A stretch of DNA of 64,000 nucleotides from Chiloscyllium plagiosum. Lineage: Eukaryota. The first letter of the stretch is position 1. Each line of letters opens with the position of its first letter. The stretch is taken from positions 87,056,274 to 87,120,273 of the forward strand of contig NC_057719.1 in the NCBI RefSeq assembly GCF_004010195.1, written 5' to 3'. Under the pieces are notes generated by a model. The model searched no databases. It was not told where the DNA came from and was given only the letters and a program-made list of their open reading frames with translations. The position numbers were made by a program, and so were the translations under genes. Positions 24,964-36,139 of this stretch are shown here, piece by piece.

Positions 24964-26624
24964 TGGAGCAAATGGTAATAGCATCGAACTTTCTACCTAT
25001 AAGGCTGACTAAAGTGGAGATGAATAATTTCAGCGGGAAAATGGATGGGCACTTGAAATAAATAAACTTACTGGTCAGAGCAGAGGAATTGGAGTGACTG
25101 GGTCGCTCCAAAGATTCAGCCAGCCAAATGACCCACTGTTTTGCTGCAAATTCTTGTCCATGTTCTCCTTTCTTCTTTTCTCTGTCCTGTATTTTGCAGT
25201 CCTATTCTATAATTCACAGGCCTTCCCCACATTGTATTTGTTGTGGTTTTTTTGTATTTTTCAGCTTTGTTTGCAGGGATATTTTACATTTCACCTAGCT
25301 TTAAAATATCCTATTTCCTGATTGTTGAAAAGTATTCAATCACATCTGTAACAGTTTTAAATCTGATGCATTGTCACCATTTGTTCAGACATTTTGTTTT
25401 GCAGCTACTTATTCTGGGCTGGTTCCTCTTTGATCTTTGTTTATTTACATACAACTACAATACATTTGGATTATGTAGGCAAGCAGCAAATGATGTATGT
25501 TGGGTTGAAAAAGTAATGCAGCCAAAATATCCAGAAGACAAACTTCTCTTCGTTAGTACAGTATCTACTGAGACCCTGAAGTATCAAAACAGGCAGAGGG
25601 AAACCCAGTCTCCCTGCTGCCTGGAGTTCTCCTAGGTTTTGTGCTCAAGTTAATGCAAACTTGGTTATTGTCAGGGATCTAGTGCAGATTGTTTTCTTTG
25701 CTCAAAGAGCCTCAGCTGTTTCTGCAGGGGATGTGGGGCATTGCTCATTGTATAGAGCTGTAGATATTATTTTAGAACTGTTCAACAGTTGTGGTTTGTA
25801 ACCAGGAGGGGGCAGTTCAGCATCATAGTTTATTTAAGTCCAGGAGACTACACTGCCTATGTTCCTTTACAGAGGCAAAGGTTGTATAGACCTTAGAATA
25901 AATAACTTAAATTGCACATTTTGGTAAACTTGTTTTGAGTCCCTGTTTGTGAACTCTGGTCAGCTCATTAACGAGGAATTAGAGCATGTATTGCCATAAG
26001 AAAGCGCTGGTTCTCTGCAATGCTGTCCTCGAGATCATTAACCCAGTTCCAGTTGGTTCTCTTGTAATTATGGTCATTGTCTGCAATGAAAAAACTCTAC
26101 AGAATAGATTAGCATCTCAGTCCTAGTTTATAGGCAGCAATCAAGTCCAGGTGTTGTTGAATCTAGCCTCCGCAAAGAGCAACTGGGAGCAGATTTAGGT
26201 GATTATGGAAGCTGGCTGTACTTCAGTGTTTGCATTTCCTGCCCACAGTGTTCAATATTTGCTGTGTGTATATGGGCTGTTTGCTCAGCAGTTTGTTCTT
26301 TGGCAGGATTAGTTATGAAGGGCCCAGCCATCCATCTGCAGTAATGTGATAAATCAGAACTTGAAGCTGGGCCAGGAAGTGACTACTTCAAGCTCAATGC
26401 ACAACATGCATTTCATTCAAAAGAACTGGAGCTCCGAGCACAAACCTGAGTCTGACTGGGTTCAGCTTTTAGATGTTAGCTGATGTTACACAGCATGAAT
26501 TTGAATAAAGAACAAAAATTGCAGCGAAGTTGGCGGTGTGTGTGGAGATGGAGCCTTACTAGTTGCTTGATCCTTCACCAATTTCAGGATCACATGCTAA
26601 TTATATTTTTCTGAATCAATGTTC

Positions 26625-26715
26625 AGAAATATTGTTATTACACACCTCTGGAGAAGGTGGGACTTGAACACTGGTGTGCTGGCTCAGAGGTAGGGACACT
26701 TCCACTGCATCACAT
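26625..26715 (-). mobile_element. Short tRNA-derived SINE head
   Basis: Minus: tgatgcagtgg (A box)...gttcaagtccc (B box); related copy at 63460-63548. Confidence 0.6.
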
Positions 26716-27574
26716 GCTAGCTAAGCTTGTGGATACCAGTGACTACTGGCTTGATGACATTGCAAATACTGACCCATTGCAGAGCACTGACCAAAAGGTA
26801 ACAATGATAAAGCATTAAATGTAACTCAATGGTAGATAATAAAATAACTTGCTTGAAAGTCAATATATATTGAAACCTGATGACAAGTGGTTAAGAATCT
26901 GTCAGCCTCATGAAATCTGTTTTTACATGCAGTCTTACTTGAAGCCTTATGGTTGTGAGACCAGATAATATCAAATGCTCAAGTCAGTATTTAAAACTGT
27001 GTAGATTTGATGCAATATTTCCTTTGCAAGCCAGTGTGATTACCTCTGCAAGCCAGAATGTTTTCGCCATTTTCTAGTTGAGCAGTGACTGGTTACATTC
27101 GGGTTGCTGTCAGTCTTCCTGTATTGCAATTGTGAATTCCTGAAATGGCTGAATGTATGAATAAGGGGAAGGAAATACTTGCTCACAGCTTTAGAGAACA
27201 TTAATGACAGCATTTCAGGCTGTTCTTAACAAAAACAAAGCAAATGTAATTTTATCACAAGGTGTGGATCATAAAAACCAAGACATAATGATGAGCTTAT
27301 AAACAAACCAGTAAAATCCACCACTGTGCAATACTGGGTCCCATGTTGGAAGGGTACGGAGGCTTTCGGCTACAAAACAAATTCATTCAGGTGCCACTTG
27401 AAATGAGGAAATACAGAAACAAACTTCAAAGGTTGGGTCAATTTTTGTTAGGAGGTCTGATTTTACGAGTGGTGTGAAGTATTTGAAATTATGAAAGCTG
27501 GAATTGGATAAATAGAACAGAACAGTTTTAAAGGGTCAAGCATAGCTGGGGGTGGGAGAAGGAGGATTCATTCT

Positions 27575-27840
27575 ATGATTTGATGGGCATCACTGGTGAG
27601 GTCAGCATTTGGTGCCCATCCCTCTTGAATGGAGTAGTTGTTCAGCAAGTGAAAAGGTAGTCAATCACATTGTTGTCGATCTGGAGTCACTCATTGGCCA
27701 AACCAAGCACAGAAGGTAAATATTTGTCCTAAAGAACATGAGTGAAGCAGATGGGTTTTTGGACAATCAACCATGTATCATGGTCACGGTTAGCTTTTAA
27801 GTTCAGATTTATGAATTGAATGTAAATCCCACCATGCTGT
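27575..27840 (-). mobile_element. SINE-like dispersed repeat (family also at 54540-54830, 58590-58940, 59400-60490)
   Basis: Shared blocks caatcacattg..tctggagtcac, ctaaag..cat.agtgaa.cagatgggtttt. Confidence 0.55.
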
Positions 27841-28744
27841 GTTAGGCAGTCATTTCTTTGGTTGAATCGTTTGTATGATGTGATTTCTGTGCATTTGTTT
27901 GTTTTGCGAAAGGGCTAAATGCAGTGAATTAGAGTTTTAAGTGCGCTCCCTTGCTTGGTTTCGCATCACGTTTAAATGATAGGTGGTGCCACATCCAGTT
28001 TGAACAACTGTGTCATCCTTAACCATGTACTGTAGCTGTGGTATGAAATCACAACGTGGATTCAAAGTTGGGACTCCTACTAACTGAGTCAAGCTGAAAC
28101 CTTTTAATAAGCCTCAATTGGGTGCAGCAACCAATAGACATCCCAGTGACCTGGCTGCTTTGTATTTGGTGGTACTTAGCATGTTTGATTTATCTCCCCA
28201 GACACACAATCATGTTTCTTTGGTAGTACAGAGCTTGGGTATTGCTGAAAAAAGAGACGTCTCTTTTTTAATCTTGCCCATTTCAGGCATACTGGAAGCT
28301 ATATATATCAGTTCACAGTGCCCTCAAACTGGGGAGAATGTGCATAACTTGCACGTCTTTCAGTTTAAGTAGGTGACAGCCATTCTGTAGTTCGTTTCTC
28401 AAGGCAATCACCAATCAGTGTCACTTGCCTGGATTAATGGTTAAAGAAGCTCAGAGTCAGTCAATACAGTTTCAAAATCAAATAACATGTCAGAATGAAC
28501 AAAATCAGGAATCCTATTTGAGGTGTGGGAGATAATGGCAAAACTAGAAGAAATGTATCGATTAAACATGACGAGAAATAATGTGAATACAGTATTAGTA
28601 CTGAGGGGCAGCTTGCCATGTATTGCCAAAATAAAAGTTCTATGTATTAAAAGCAATGGGAGTAAGGAATGAATTGCAGGCACAAATTTAAATTGGAGAT
28701 TATGCTACAGTAGCCATTATTGAGACATAGCCAGAGGATAGTGT

Positions 28745-28993
28745 CATGGTTTGGAGATGTCGGTGTTGGACTCAGGTGTACAAAGTTAAAAAATCGCACA
28801 ACACCAGGTTATAGTCCAACAGGTTTAATTGGAAGCACGCTAGTTTTCAGAGCGCCGCTCCTTCATCAGGTGGTTGTGGAGGACACAATTCTAAGGCACA
28901 GAATTTATAGCAAAAATGTACAGTGTGATGTAACTGAAATTATGCATTGAAAAATACCTTGATTGTCTGTTGAGTCTTTCATCTGTTCGAATA
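28745..28993 (-). mobile_element. Solo PLE terminal repeat (family B) with hammerhead motif at 28836-28872
   Basis: Reverse complement of the 32913-33086 and 44200-44441 repeat; CAC-CUGAUGA-A-GGAGC(GGC)GCUCU-GAAA-ACUA. Confidence 0.8.
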
Positions 28994-29027
28994 TAGGATA
29001 CTGTGGATTGGGAACTAAATATAGAGG

Positions 29028-29325
29028 TACACAATCCTTTATCTTAAAATCTTTGGCAGTTTCTTGGAATTCTGAATTTTTCAGATTTTGGAATAAGTGA
29101 CATTTTCACAGTGAAATTTAAAAAATTACCTAACAGCTGACGCACATGTGAATAGTACAATTGACACCTACCAGTGCTGGGCCATGCCACTACATCACAT
29201 CTGAGTGATGTGGTTTAAGTGGGTGTGGAGTTGGGTCACCTGTTCGAATGCCAAACTGACGCTGCACACTTGACGAAAAATGTTTTGGATTTTGGAGCTT
29301 TTTGGATTTCAGATAAAGGACTGTA
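29028..29325. mobile_element. Probable MITE (Tc1/mariner/pogo-type non-autonomous DNA transposon)
   Basis: Imperfect TIRs tacacaatcctttatc / gataaaggactgta, TA at the outer ends, interrupts a CR1. Confidence 0.6.
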
Positions 29326-31264
29326 CGAAGTTGTAGGTTTCTAAGGTCAACAGGGAAAATTACAAATGAGGTAGACTTACTGATTGCTTCAATGATGAAG
29401 GACATAATAAGGGTAAAGAATTCAGTGGAGACTGGGTAAAACGGAGGAGCCGTAAAGGATCAAAACTAATGTGTTATGTACGGACCCCCAATAGCAACCC
29501 TGTAATGCTAGATTATATAAAGGTGGAAATAAGGCAACTGTGTATCAAGACCAGAGTAATATTAATGGGGGATTTTGACTTTAACAGATTGAAAGCAGCA
29601 GGCAAGCACCTATCAAAAAATGTTGTAAATTTCTGGAGTGTCTCTGGGGTAATTTCCCACAGCAATATGTCCAGGGTGCAACAATGGGACACAATATTGG
29701 ATTTAGTAATGAGCCATGGACCAGTTTTAATTAGTGACCTAATGGAATGTGAACATTTATCAAAATGGGATCATAACATGCTCTATTTCAATGTAGTGTT
29801 TGAAAGCGAAAAGTATGAACCGGCTACTATAGTTATAGATTTAGGTTAAGACTGGCTCTAACAATAAGACAAAGACTGCCCACTGTAAACAGGAAACATC
29901 TCATGGGCAAAACAATTGAAGAGCACTGGAGGGTGTTTAAAGAAATAGTTAATACCATGCAAAACTAATTTATACCCTTAAGAGGGAAAAGCTCCATTTG
30001 TCAGAAAAACAATCATGGACAATTAAAGATATCAGGGACAGGATAAAACTAAAAGAAAGAAAATACAAAAATGTGGAGGGGGGAAAGTACAGATGCTGAC
30101 AAATGGGGGAAAAATACAAAAACCACAAAAAGGCCACAAAGCAGCTAAGAGCTACTACAAGGGATTATAGAAGGAATTTTGCCAGTGCCATCAAAATTAA
30201 TAAATTTTATAGTTCCGTAAAGGGAAAGTGGGTTGTCAGAAGCAGTGTTGTCCTACTAAAAAAAATTCAAACTGGGGATATTGCCAGTAACTGTGGGGAA
30301 ATGGAAGATCTACTGAATAGTAACTTTGCCTTGGTATTTATAGTAGAAAAGGAGGAAAGCATGCCAGAAGTCTCTATCTTTATTAATAGTGTATTGGGAA
30401 TGGGTACTGAATAAAATAAACATAAAACATTGGTAATAAGGACATTGATGAAATTAAAGATTGACCAATCCTGGTACCTGATTGTTTCCAAGAGGCCACG
30501 GGCCCTACCTATAATATTTCAGAGCTTCGTACATTCAGGAGTTGTCCCTCTGGATTGGAAAATTGTATGTCAAACTTTTAAGAAAGGTAAAAGAGGAAAA
30601 CCATGGAATTACAGACTAGTTAGTCAGCATCTGTAGTGAGGAAATTGTCAGAGTCCATAATCAAGGGTAGGTTAATCGAAGCCCTTGAAATCTGTTAGTC
30701 AGGAAGAGGCAGCATGGAATAATAGCAGATAGGTTCATGGAATCTTTGAAAAGGTGACTAAGGTGGTCTATTGATGTTTACATGGGCTTCTTGAAGCTTG
30801 ATAAAACCCCACATAAGAGAGAGAACTAATTAAGTTAGCCCACGGAATTGAGAGCACATTAATGACGTGTGGGAAATTGTTTGAGCAGGTGACAGAAAGT
30901 AAAGATAAGACCATAAGACGCAGGTGAGGCTAATCGGTCTACAATTTTCCAACTTTGCTTTACTCGGTTTTAAACACGTTAGCAATTTACCAATCCTCTG
31001 AAAGCCTCCCTGATGGTAGCGATTCTTGAAAGATCACTGTTAACACCTCTACTGTCCCTTCAGCTATCTCCCGTAGTCCATCTGGTCCGGGTGCTTTATC
31101 CACTTTCAGGCTATTCAGTTTTTCTAGCACCTTTTCCTTGGTGATGGCCACCATACTCAGCTTTGCTCCCTCACTCCTGAATTTCTGGGATATTACTTCC
31201 ACTGTGCAGACTAATGCAAAGTAATTATTCAGTTCCTCAGCCATTTCATTTGCCACTACTGGCG

Positions 31265-32130
31265 TCAATGGTGGGAAAGTTGCTGGAGAAGGTACAGAGG
31301 GATAAAATCTATTTATATTTGGAAAAGAATGGGCTTATCAGTGATGGGTAAAATGGTTTTATGTGGAAGAGATCGTGCCTTACCAATGTAATAGAGTTCT
31401 TTTGAGGAAATGACCAAGTTGATAGATGAAGGAAGGGCTATGGATGTCATATACATGGACTTCAGTAAGGCGTTTGATAAGGTTCCCCATGGTAAACTAA
31501 CAGAGAAAGTGAAGTCACATGGTCTGCAGGGTTTTCTAGCGAGGTAGATAAAAAAAACTAGTTGACTAACAGGAGACAGAGTAGTAGTTGGTGGGAGTTT
31601 CTCGAAATGGAGAAAGGTGACCAGTAATGTTCCATTGTGCTGGGGCCACAGTTGTTTGTGATATACATGAATGATCTAGAAGAGGGCACTACTGGTATGA
31701 TCAGCAAGTTTGCAGATAACACAAACTGGTGGAGTAGCAGAAAGCATGGGGACTGTGAAAAGAATACAAGAGAATAAAGGTCGACAAAATCATGAAGGGT
31801 ATAGACAGGGTGGACAGATGGGCTTTTTCCCTGGGTGAAGAATTCAGTAACGAGGTCACGCTTTAAATGTGAGAGGTGGAAAGTTTAAGGGGGATACACG
31901 TGGCAAGTACTTCAGAGGTTGGTGGGCGTCTGGAACGCGTTAGCAGCAGAGGTGGTAGAGGCAGGCACTGTAGCATCATTTACGATGCATCTAGAGAGAT
32001 GCATTAGTAGGTGGGCAGCAGAGGGATACAGATGCTTAGGAAATGGGCGACAAGTTTAGAGAGTGGGTTTGGATTGGCTCAGGCTTAGAAGGCCGAAGGG
32101 CCTGTGCCTGGGCTGTAAATTCTCTTTGTT
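31265..32130 (+). mobile_element. CR1 RT plus 3' end with internal deletion
   Basis: atggacttcagtaaggcgtttgataaggttcccc (MDFSKAFDKVP), aagtttgcagataac, 3' UTR. Confidence 0.85.
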
Positions 32131-32202
32131 TTTTGTACTATCATCTCTAGAGTGTCATTTTCCAGCAGCCCAATGTGCACTTTTGCCTCTGATTTGTCCT
32201 TT

Positions 32203-32910
32203 AGAGTCATAGTCATAGAAATGTACAGCATGGAAACAGACCCTTCGGTCCAACTCGTCCATGCCAACTAGATATCCCAATACAATCTAATTGTACTTGC
32301 CAGCACCTAGCCCATATCCCTCCAAACCCTTCCTATTCACATATCCATCCAGACGTCGTTTAAATGTTAGAATTGTACCAGCCTCCACCACTTCCTCATG
32401 CAACTCATTCCATACTTGCACCACCCTCAGCGTGAAAAGGTTGCCTCTCAGGTCCCTTTTATATCGTCTTCCTTCTCTCCTCCCACACCCCCCATGCCCT
32501 CTAGTTATGGACTCTTCCTCTTCCTCTTCCTTTTCCCCCAACTCCAGCAAAAGATCTTGTGTATTTACCCTATTAATGCCCTTCATGATTTTACAACCCT
32601 GTATACGGTCACCCCTCAGCCTTCGACGCTCCAGGGAAAACAGCCCCAACCTTTTCAACCACTCCCTGTAACTCAAATCCTCCAACCCAGGCCACATCCT
32701 TGTAAATCCTTTCTGAGCCCTTTCAAGTTTCACAACATCCTTCCAATAGGAAGGAGACCAGAATTGCACGCAATATTCCAAAAGTGGCCTAACCAATGTC
32801 CTGTACAGCCGCACCATGATTTCCCAATTCCTATACTCAATGCTGTGACCAATAAAGGCAAGCATACCAAATGCCGCCTTCACTATCTTAGCTACCAGTG
32901 ACTCCACTTT
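32203..32910 (-). mobile_element. CR1 3' fragment, relatively young
   Basis: LYRTLVRPLLEYCVQFWSPSYWKDVVKLERAQKGFTRM; (gtcata)n tail. Confidence 0.92.
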
Positions 32911-32912
32911 CA

Positions 32913-33086
32913 TAGCATTCATAGAATTTATAGTAAAAGTTCTGTGTCTTGCAATCTTATTCTCCTGATGAAGGAGCAGCGCTCTGAAAGCTAGTGCTTC
33001 CAAATAAACCTGTTGGACAATAATCTGGTGTTGTGATTTTTCCCTTTGTACACCCCAGTCCAACACCAGCGTCTCCAAATCATGAC
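32913..33086 (+). mobile_element. Solo PLE terminal repeat (family B)
   Basis: ttccaaataaacctgttggac...tgtacaccccagtccaacacc, shared with the terminal repeats of the PLE at 41350-44441. Confidence 0.82.
32965..32993 (+). ncRNA. Minimal hammerhead ribozyme motif (PLE family B), intact core
   Basis: CUGAUGA-A-GGAGC(AGC)GCUCU-GAAA-GC-UA. Confidence 0.75.
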
Positions 33087-33451
33087 TTCACTGTCCACTA
33101 TTCCTCCAATTTTGGTGTAATCTGCAAACTTTCTAAATATACCTTCTATACCTTCTATATTTCCCTATCTAAAGAAACACTTACAATCTTCCTTTATATT
33201 ACTTGCTAGCTTACCCTCATATTTAACCTTCTCCCTCCTTATTTCTTTTTTAGTTGCCCTCTGCAGCTCTTTGTAAGCTTCCCAATCCTCTGGTTTCCCA
33301 CTGCCCTTCACCACATTATATGCTTTCTTTTTTGCTTTTATGCTATCCCTGACTTCCCTAGTCAGCCATGGTTGCTTTATCCTCCCTGTACCATGCTGCT
33401 TTTTCCGTTGGTGAATTTATGCTGTGTCTCCTGAATTACTCCCAGAACCGT

Positions 33452-33758
33452 GGGCGGCACGGTGGCACAGTGCCTCACTATTGCCTCAGCGCCAGAGACC
33501 CGGGTTCAATTCCCGCCTCAGGCGACTGACTGTGTGGAGTTTGCACATTCTCCCCGTGTCTGCGTGGGTTTCCTCCGGGTGCTCCGGTTTCCTCCCACAG
33601 TCCAAAGATGTGCAGGTTAGGCAAATTGGCCATGCTAAATTGCCCGTAGTGTTAGGTGTAGGGGTAATGGGTCTGGGTGGGTTACGCTTCGGTGGGTCGG
33701 TGTGGACTTGTTGGGCCGAAGGGCCTGTTTCCACACTAAGTAATCTAATCTAATCTAA
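33452..33758 (+). mobile_element. tRNA-derived SINE (HE1/V-SINE type), young copy
   Basis: gggcggcacggtggcacagtg A box, gggttcaattccc B box, CpG-rich, V-type core, (atcta)n tail. Confidence 0.92.
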
Positions 33759-34735
33759 CCCCCCCGCCATTATTGTTCTACTGTCTTTCCTGCTAGGTTC
33801 CTCTCCCAGTCGATTCTACCCAACTCCTCACTCAGGCCTCTGTAGTTGCCTTTATTCAGCTATAATACCTGATTCTATCTTCTCCCTCTCAAACTGTCGA
33901 GTAAATTTGATCACTGCCTCCCAAGGGTTACTCCACCAAGTCCTTTATCAAGTCTGCCTCGTTGCACATCACTGATCCAGATTGCCTGTTCCCTAGTGGG
34001 CTCCACCACAAGCTGCATCAAAAAGCCATCTCTTAGACATTCCACAAATTCCTTTTCGTGCAATCCATTACCAGCCTGATGTTCCCCGTCCACCGGCATA
34101 TTTAAATCCCCCATGAACACTAACTTTGCCTTTCCTATACACCTATCTCCTGGTATATCTTGTGCTCTAGTTCCTGGCTACTATTCGGAGGCCTGTACAT
34201 ACCTCCAACTATGGTTTTTTAACCTTTGCGATTCCTCAATTATACCCACACAGATTTTACACCATCTGACCCTATTTTGTTTCTTACTAATGATTTAATA
34301 ATCGATAGGTAATGAAATTGTCAGTGTGTAATCAGTGGTGTCCCACAAAGAGGCCTTAATTATTTACATTATTTTTCAAAGACACATAATGACATAGAAA
34401 GTCTTATTTCCAAATTTGCTGGTGAAACAGGTAGCATTGTCGACAATGCAGATAATATATTTACAAAGGAATATTGCGAGACTGAGTAAAAATGTGGCAG
34501 GTGGAGTTCAATATAATCAGGTGGAAAGTTACTCAGTTTGCACTAAAAAAGGATAAATCAGGGTATTTTCTAGATGAAATGAAGTTCAATACAGTGGATG
34601 TCCAAAGAGACATGGAGATTCAGGTGCACAGATCTTTAAAATATGATGAGCAGTCTACAAAATGCTAATGGAAGGCTAATGGAATTCTTGCCTTTATGTC
34701 AAGAGGATGGGACTACACGAGTGCTGTAATTATGC

Positions 34736-34926
34736 AAAGTCGAGAGTGTGGTGCTTGAAAAGCACAGCAGGTCAGGCAGCATCCGAGTTGCAGGAGAAGC
34801 GATGTTTTGGGCATAAGCCCTGCATTATGTCGATTCTCCTGCTTCTTGGATGCTGCCTGACCTGCTGTGCTTTTCCAGCACCACTCTCGACTTTGGTCTC
34901 CAGCAGCTGCAGTCCTCACTTTCTAC
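34736..34926. mobile_element. Palindromic PLE family-A unit, diverged
   Basis: Inverted arms aaagtcgagagtg...ggaga / tctcc...cactctcgacttt; flanking ctgtaatta duplicated at 34724-34732 and 34927-34935. Confidence 0.82.
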
Positions 34927-35691
34927 CTGTAATTACACACAACTGTGATGACCCCACTTGGAATACCATGAGCAGATCTGGGCATCACTCCTTAGGAAGG
35001 ATATGCTAGCCTTGAAGGAAGTACAATATAAGTTTCCAAGAATTATATCTGGACTTCGCAGGTTGTTATAAGGAAAACGTATAAAAATAAGGCCTGATTG
35101 CTGTAGAAGGTTACAGGGTGATTTGATCCAAGTCTCCAGGGTATTAACAAGTAGACAAGTTAGATTAGGGCAAGCTATTCCTATTGGTTGGGGATTCTCG
35201 AGCTAGAGAGCATAGTCTGAGAATTAGGGCCTGATTGTTCAGCAGAGATATTAAGAAGCACTTTGCACAAACTTGGTAGAAGTTTGAAATTCCGCTGGAT
35301 CAGTGTTAATTTAAATCTGCGTTAAATGTTTTTTGTTAAACAGCGATGTTAAAGAAGAATAATTATATGTTTGCCAAAGGTATATGCAGCTAAGTGACAG
35401 ATCAGCTATTAGCTCATTAAATAATGGGACAGACTCTGGCTTAAAAGCCTATTCCTGTGCCCATGTTCCGGAAGCTTTGCAGTTAGCTGTTGTGCCCTGA
35501 AGAATAAATATTTTCTGGTTTTAGCACAACCATGGCGAGATATGGGAGTCTGAGTACATTGTGCCTCAAAACATTCAAATGATGAGAAAATAGTACACAG
35601 CAGTCTGAGCTGCCCTTAGATGTGATGTGCCAATTGATGTGATGTCAGACAAACAGCAATGTGCCTTTATGTTGTGTGTGTGTGTGTGTTG

Positions 35692-35789
35692 CATTCCTGA
35701 AGAAGGGCTTATGCCCGAAACGTCGATTCTCCTGTTCCCTGGATGCTGCCTGACCTGCTGTGCTTTTCCAGCAACACATTTTCAGCTCC
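35692..35789 (+). mobile_element. Monomeric PLE family-A terminal-repeat unit
   Basis: Nearly identical to the right arm at 14712-14798; flanked by tgtgtgtgttg on both sides. Confidence 0.85.
35697..35724 (+). ncRNA. Minimal hammerhead ribozyme motif (PLE family A), intact core, sense to INO80
   Basis: CUGAAGA-A-GGGC(UUAU)GCCC-GAAA-CG-UC; predicted cleavage 3' of C35724. Confidence 0.78.
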
Positions 35790-36139
35790 TGTGTGTGTTG
35801 TATAAAAAGATTGAGTAGTAACTGCAGTATTTTGAAAAGTTGTCATGGGATTGTTGCTAACTGTGCAGTGTATTTGTGTTGGTGTCACACTAACTGCAGT
35901 ATATCAATACTTATTGAAGATAGCACCAGCTATGTAGTGTACTGATGCATGCAGTGAGATTTCATGATGAATGTCGATGCGACTTGAGTGGTAACAACAA
36001 ATATGCTGTATGTTTGTTTGTGTAGTGAGAGTAACACTAACTGTAGAGTGAGCTAATTTTCCTAGGTGTTGAGCAATTGGCTAGCAATTTCAGGTGATCA
36101 CACTCTTAACTAAAATCATGATGTTACTATCTGAGGTTG

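Larger units (their letters stand above)
30908..34299 (-). mobile_element. Nested minus-strand CR1 (pieces 30908-31265 and 33090-34299)
   Basis: Minus ORFs EMAEELNNYFALV...KAPGPDG and FMGDLNMPVD...FVECLRDGFLMQLVVEPTREQAI. Confidence 0.75.
28560..35470 (+). mobile_element. Old, nearly full ORF2 CR1 LINE split by multiple nested insertions
   Basis: Endonuclease (ILMGDFDF, TILDLVMS, WDHNML) at 28600-29850; RT start at 30430-30907; RT and 3' end resume at 34300-35470. Confidence 0.8.

Noticed and set aside
32287..33078. 263-aa minus ORF
   Set aside because: Chimeric read-through of a PLE terminal repeat into a CR1 3' fragment, not a gene
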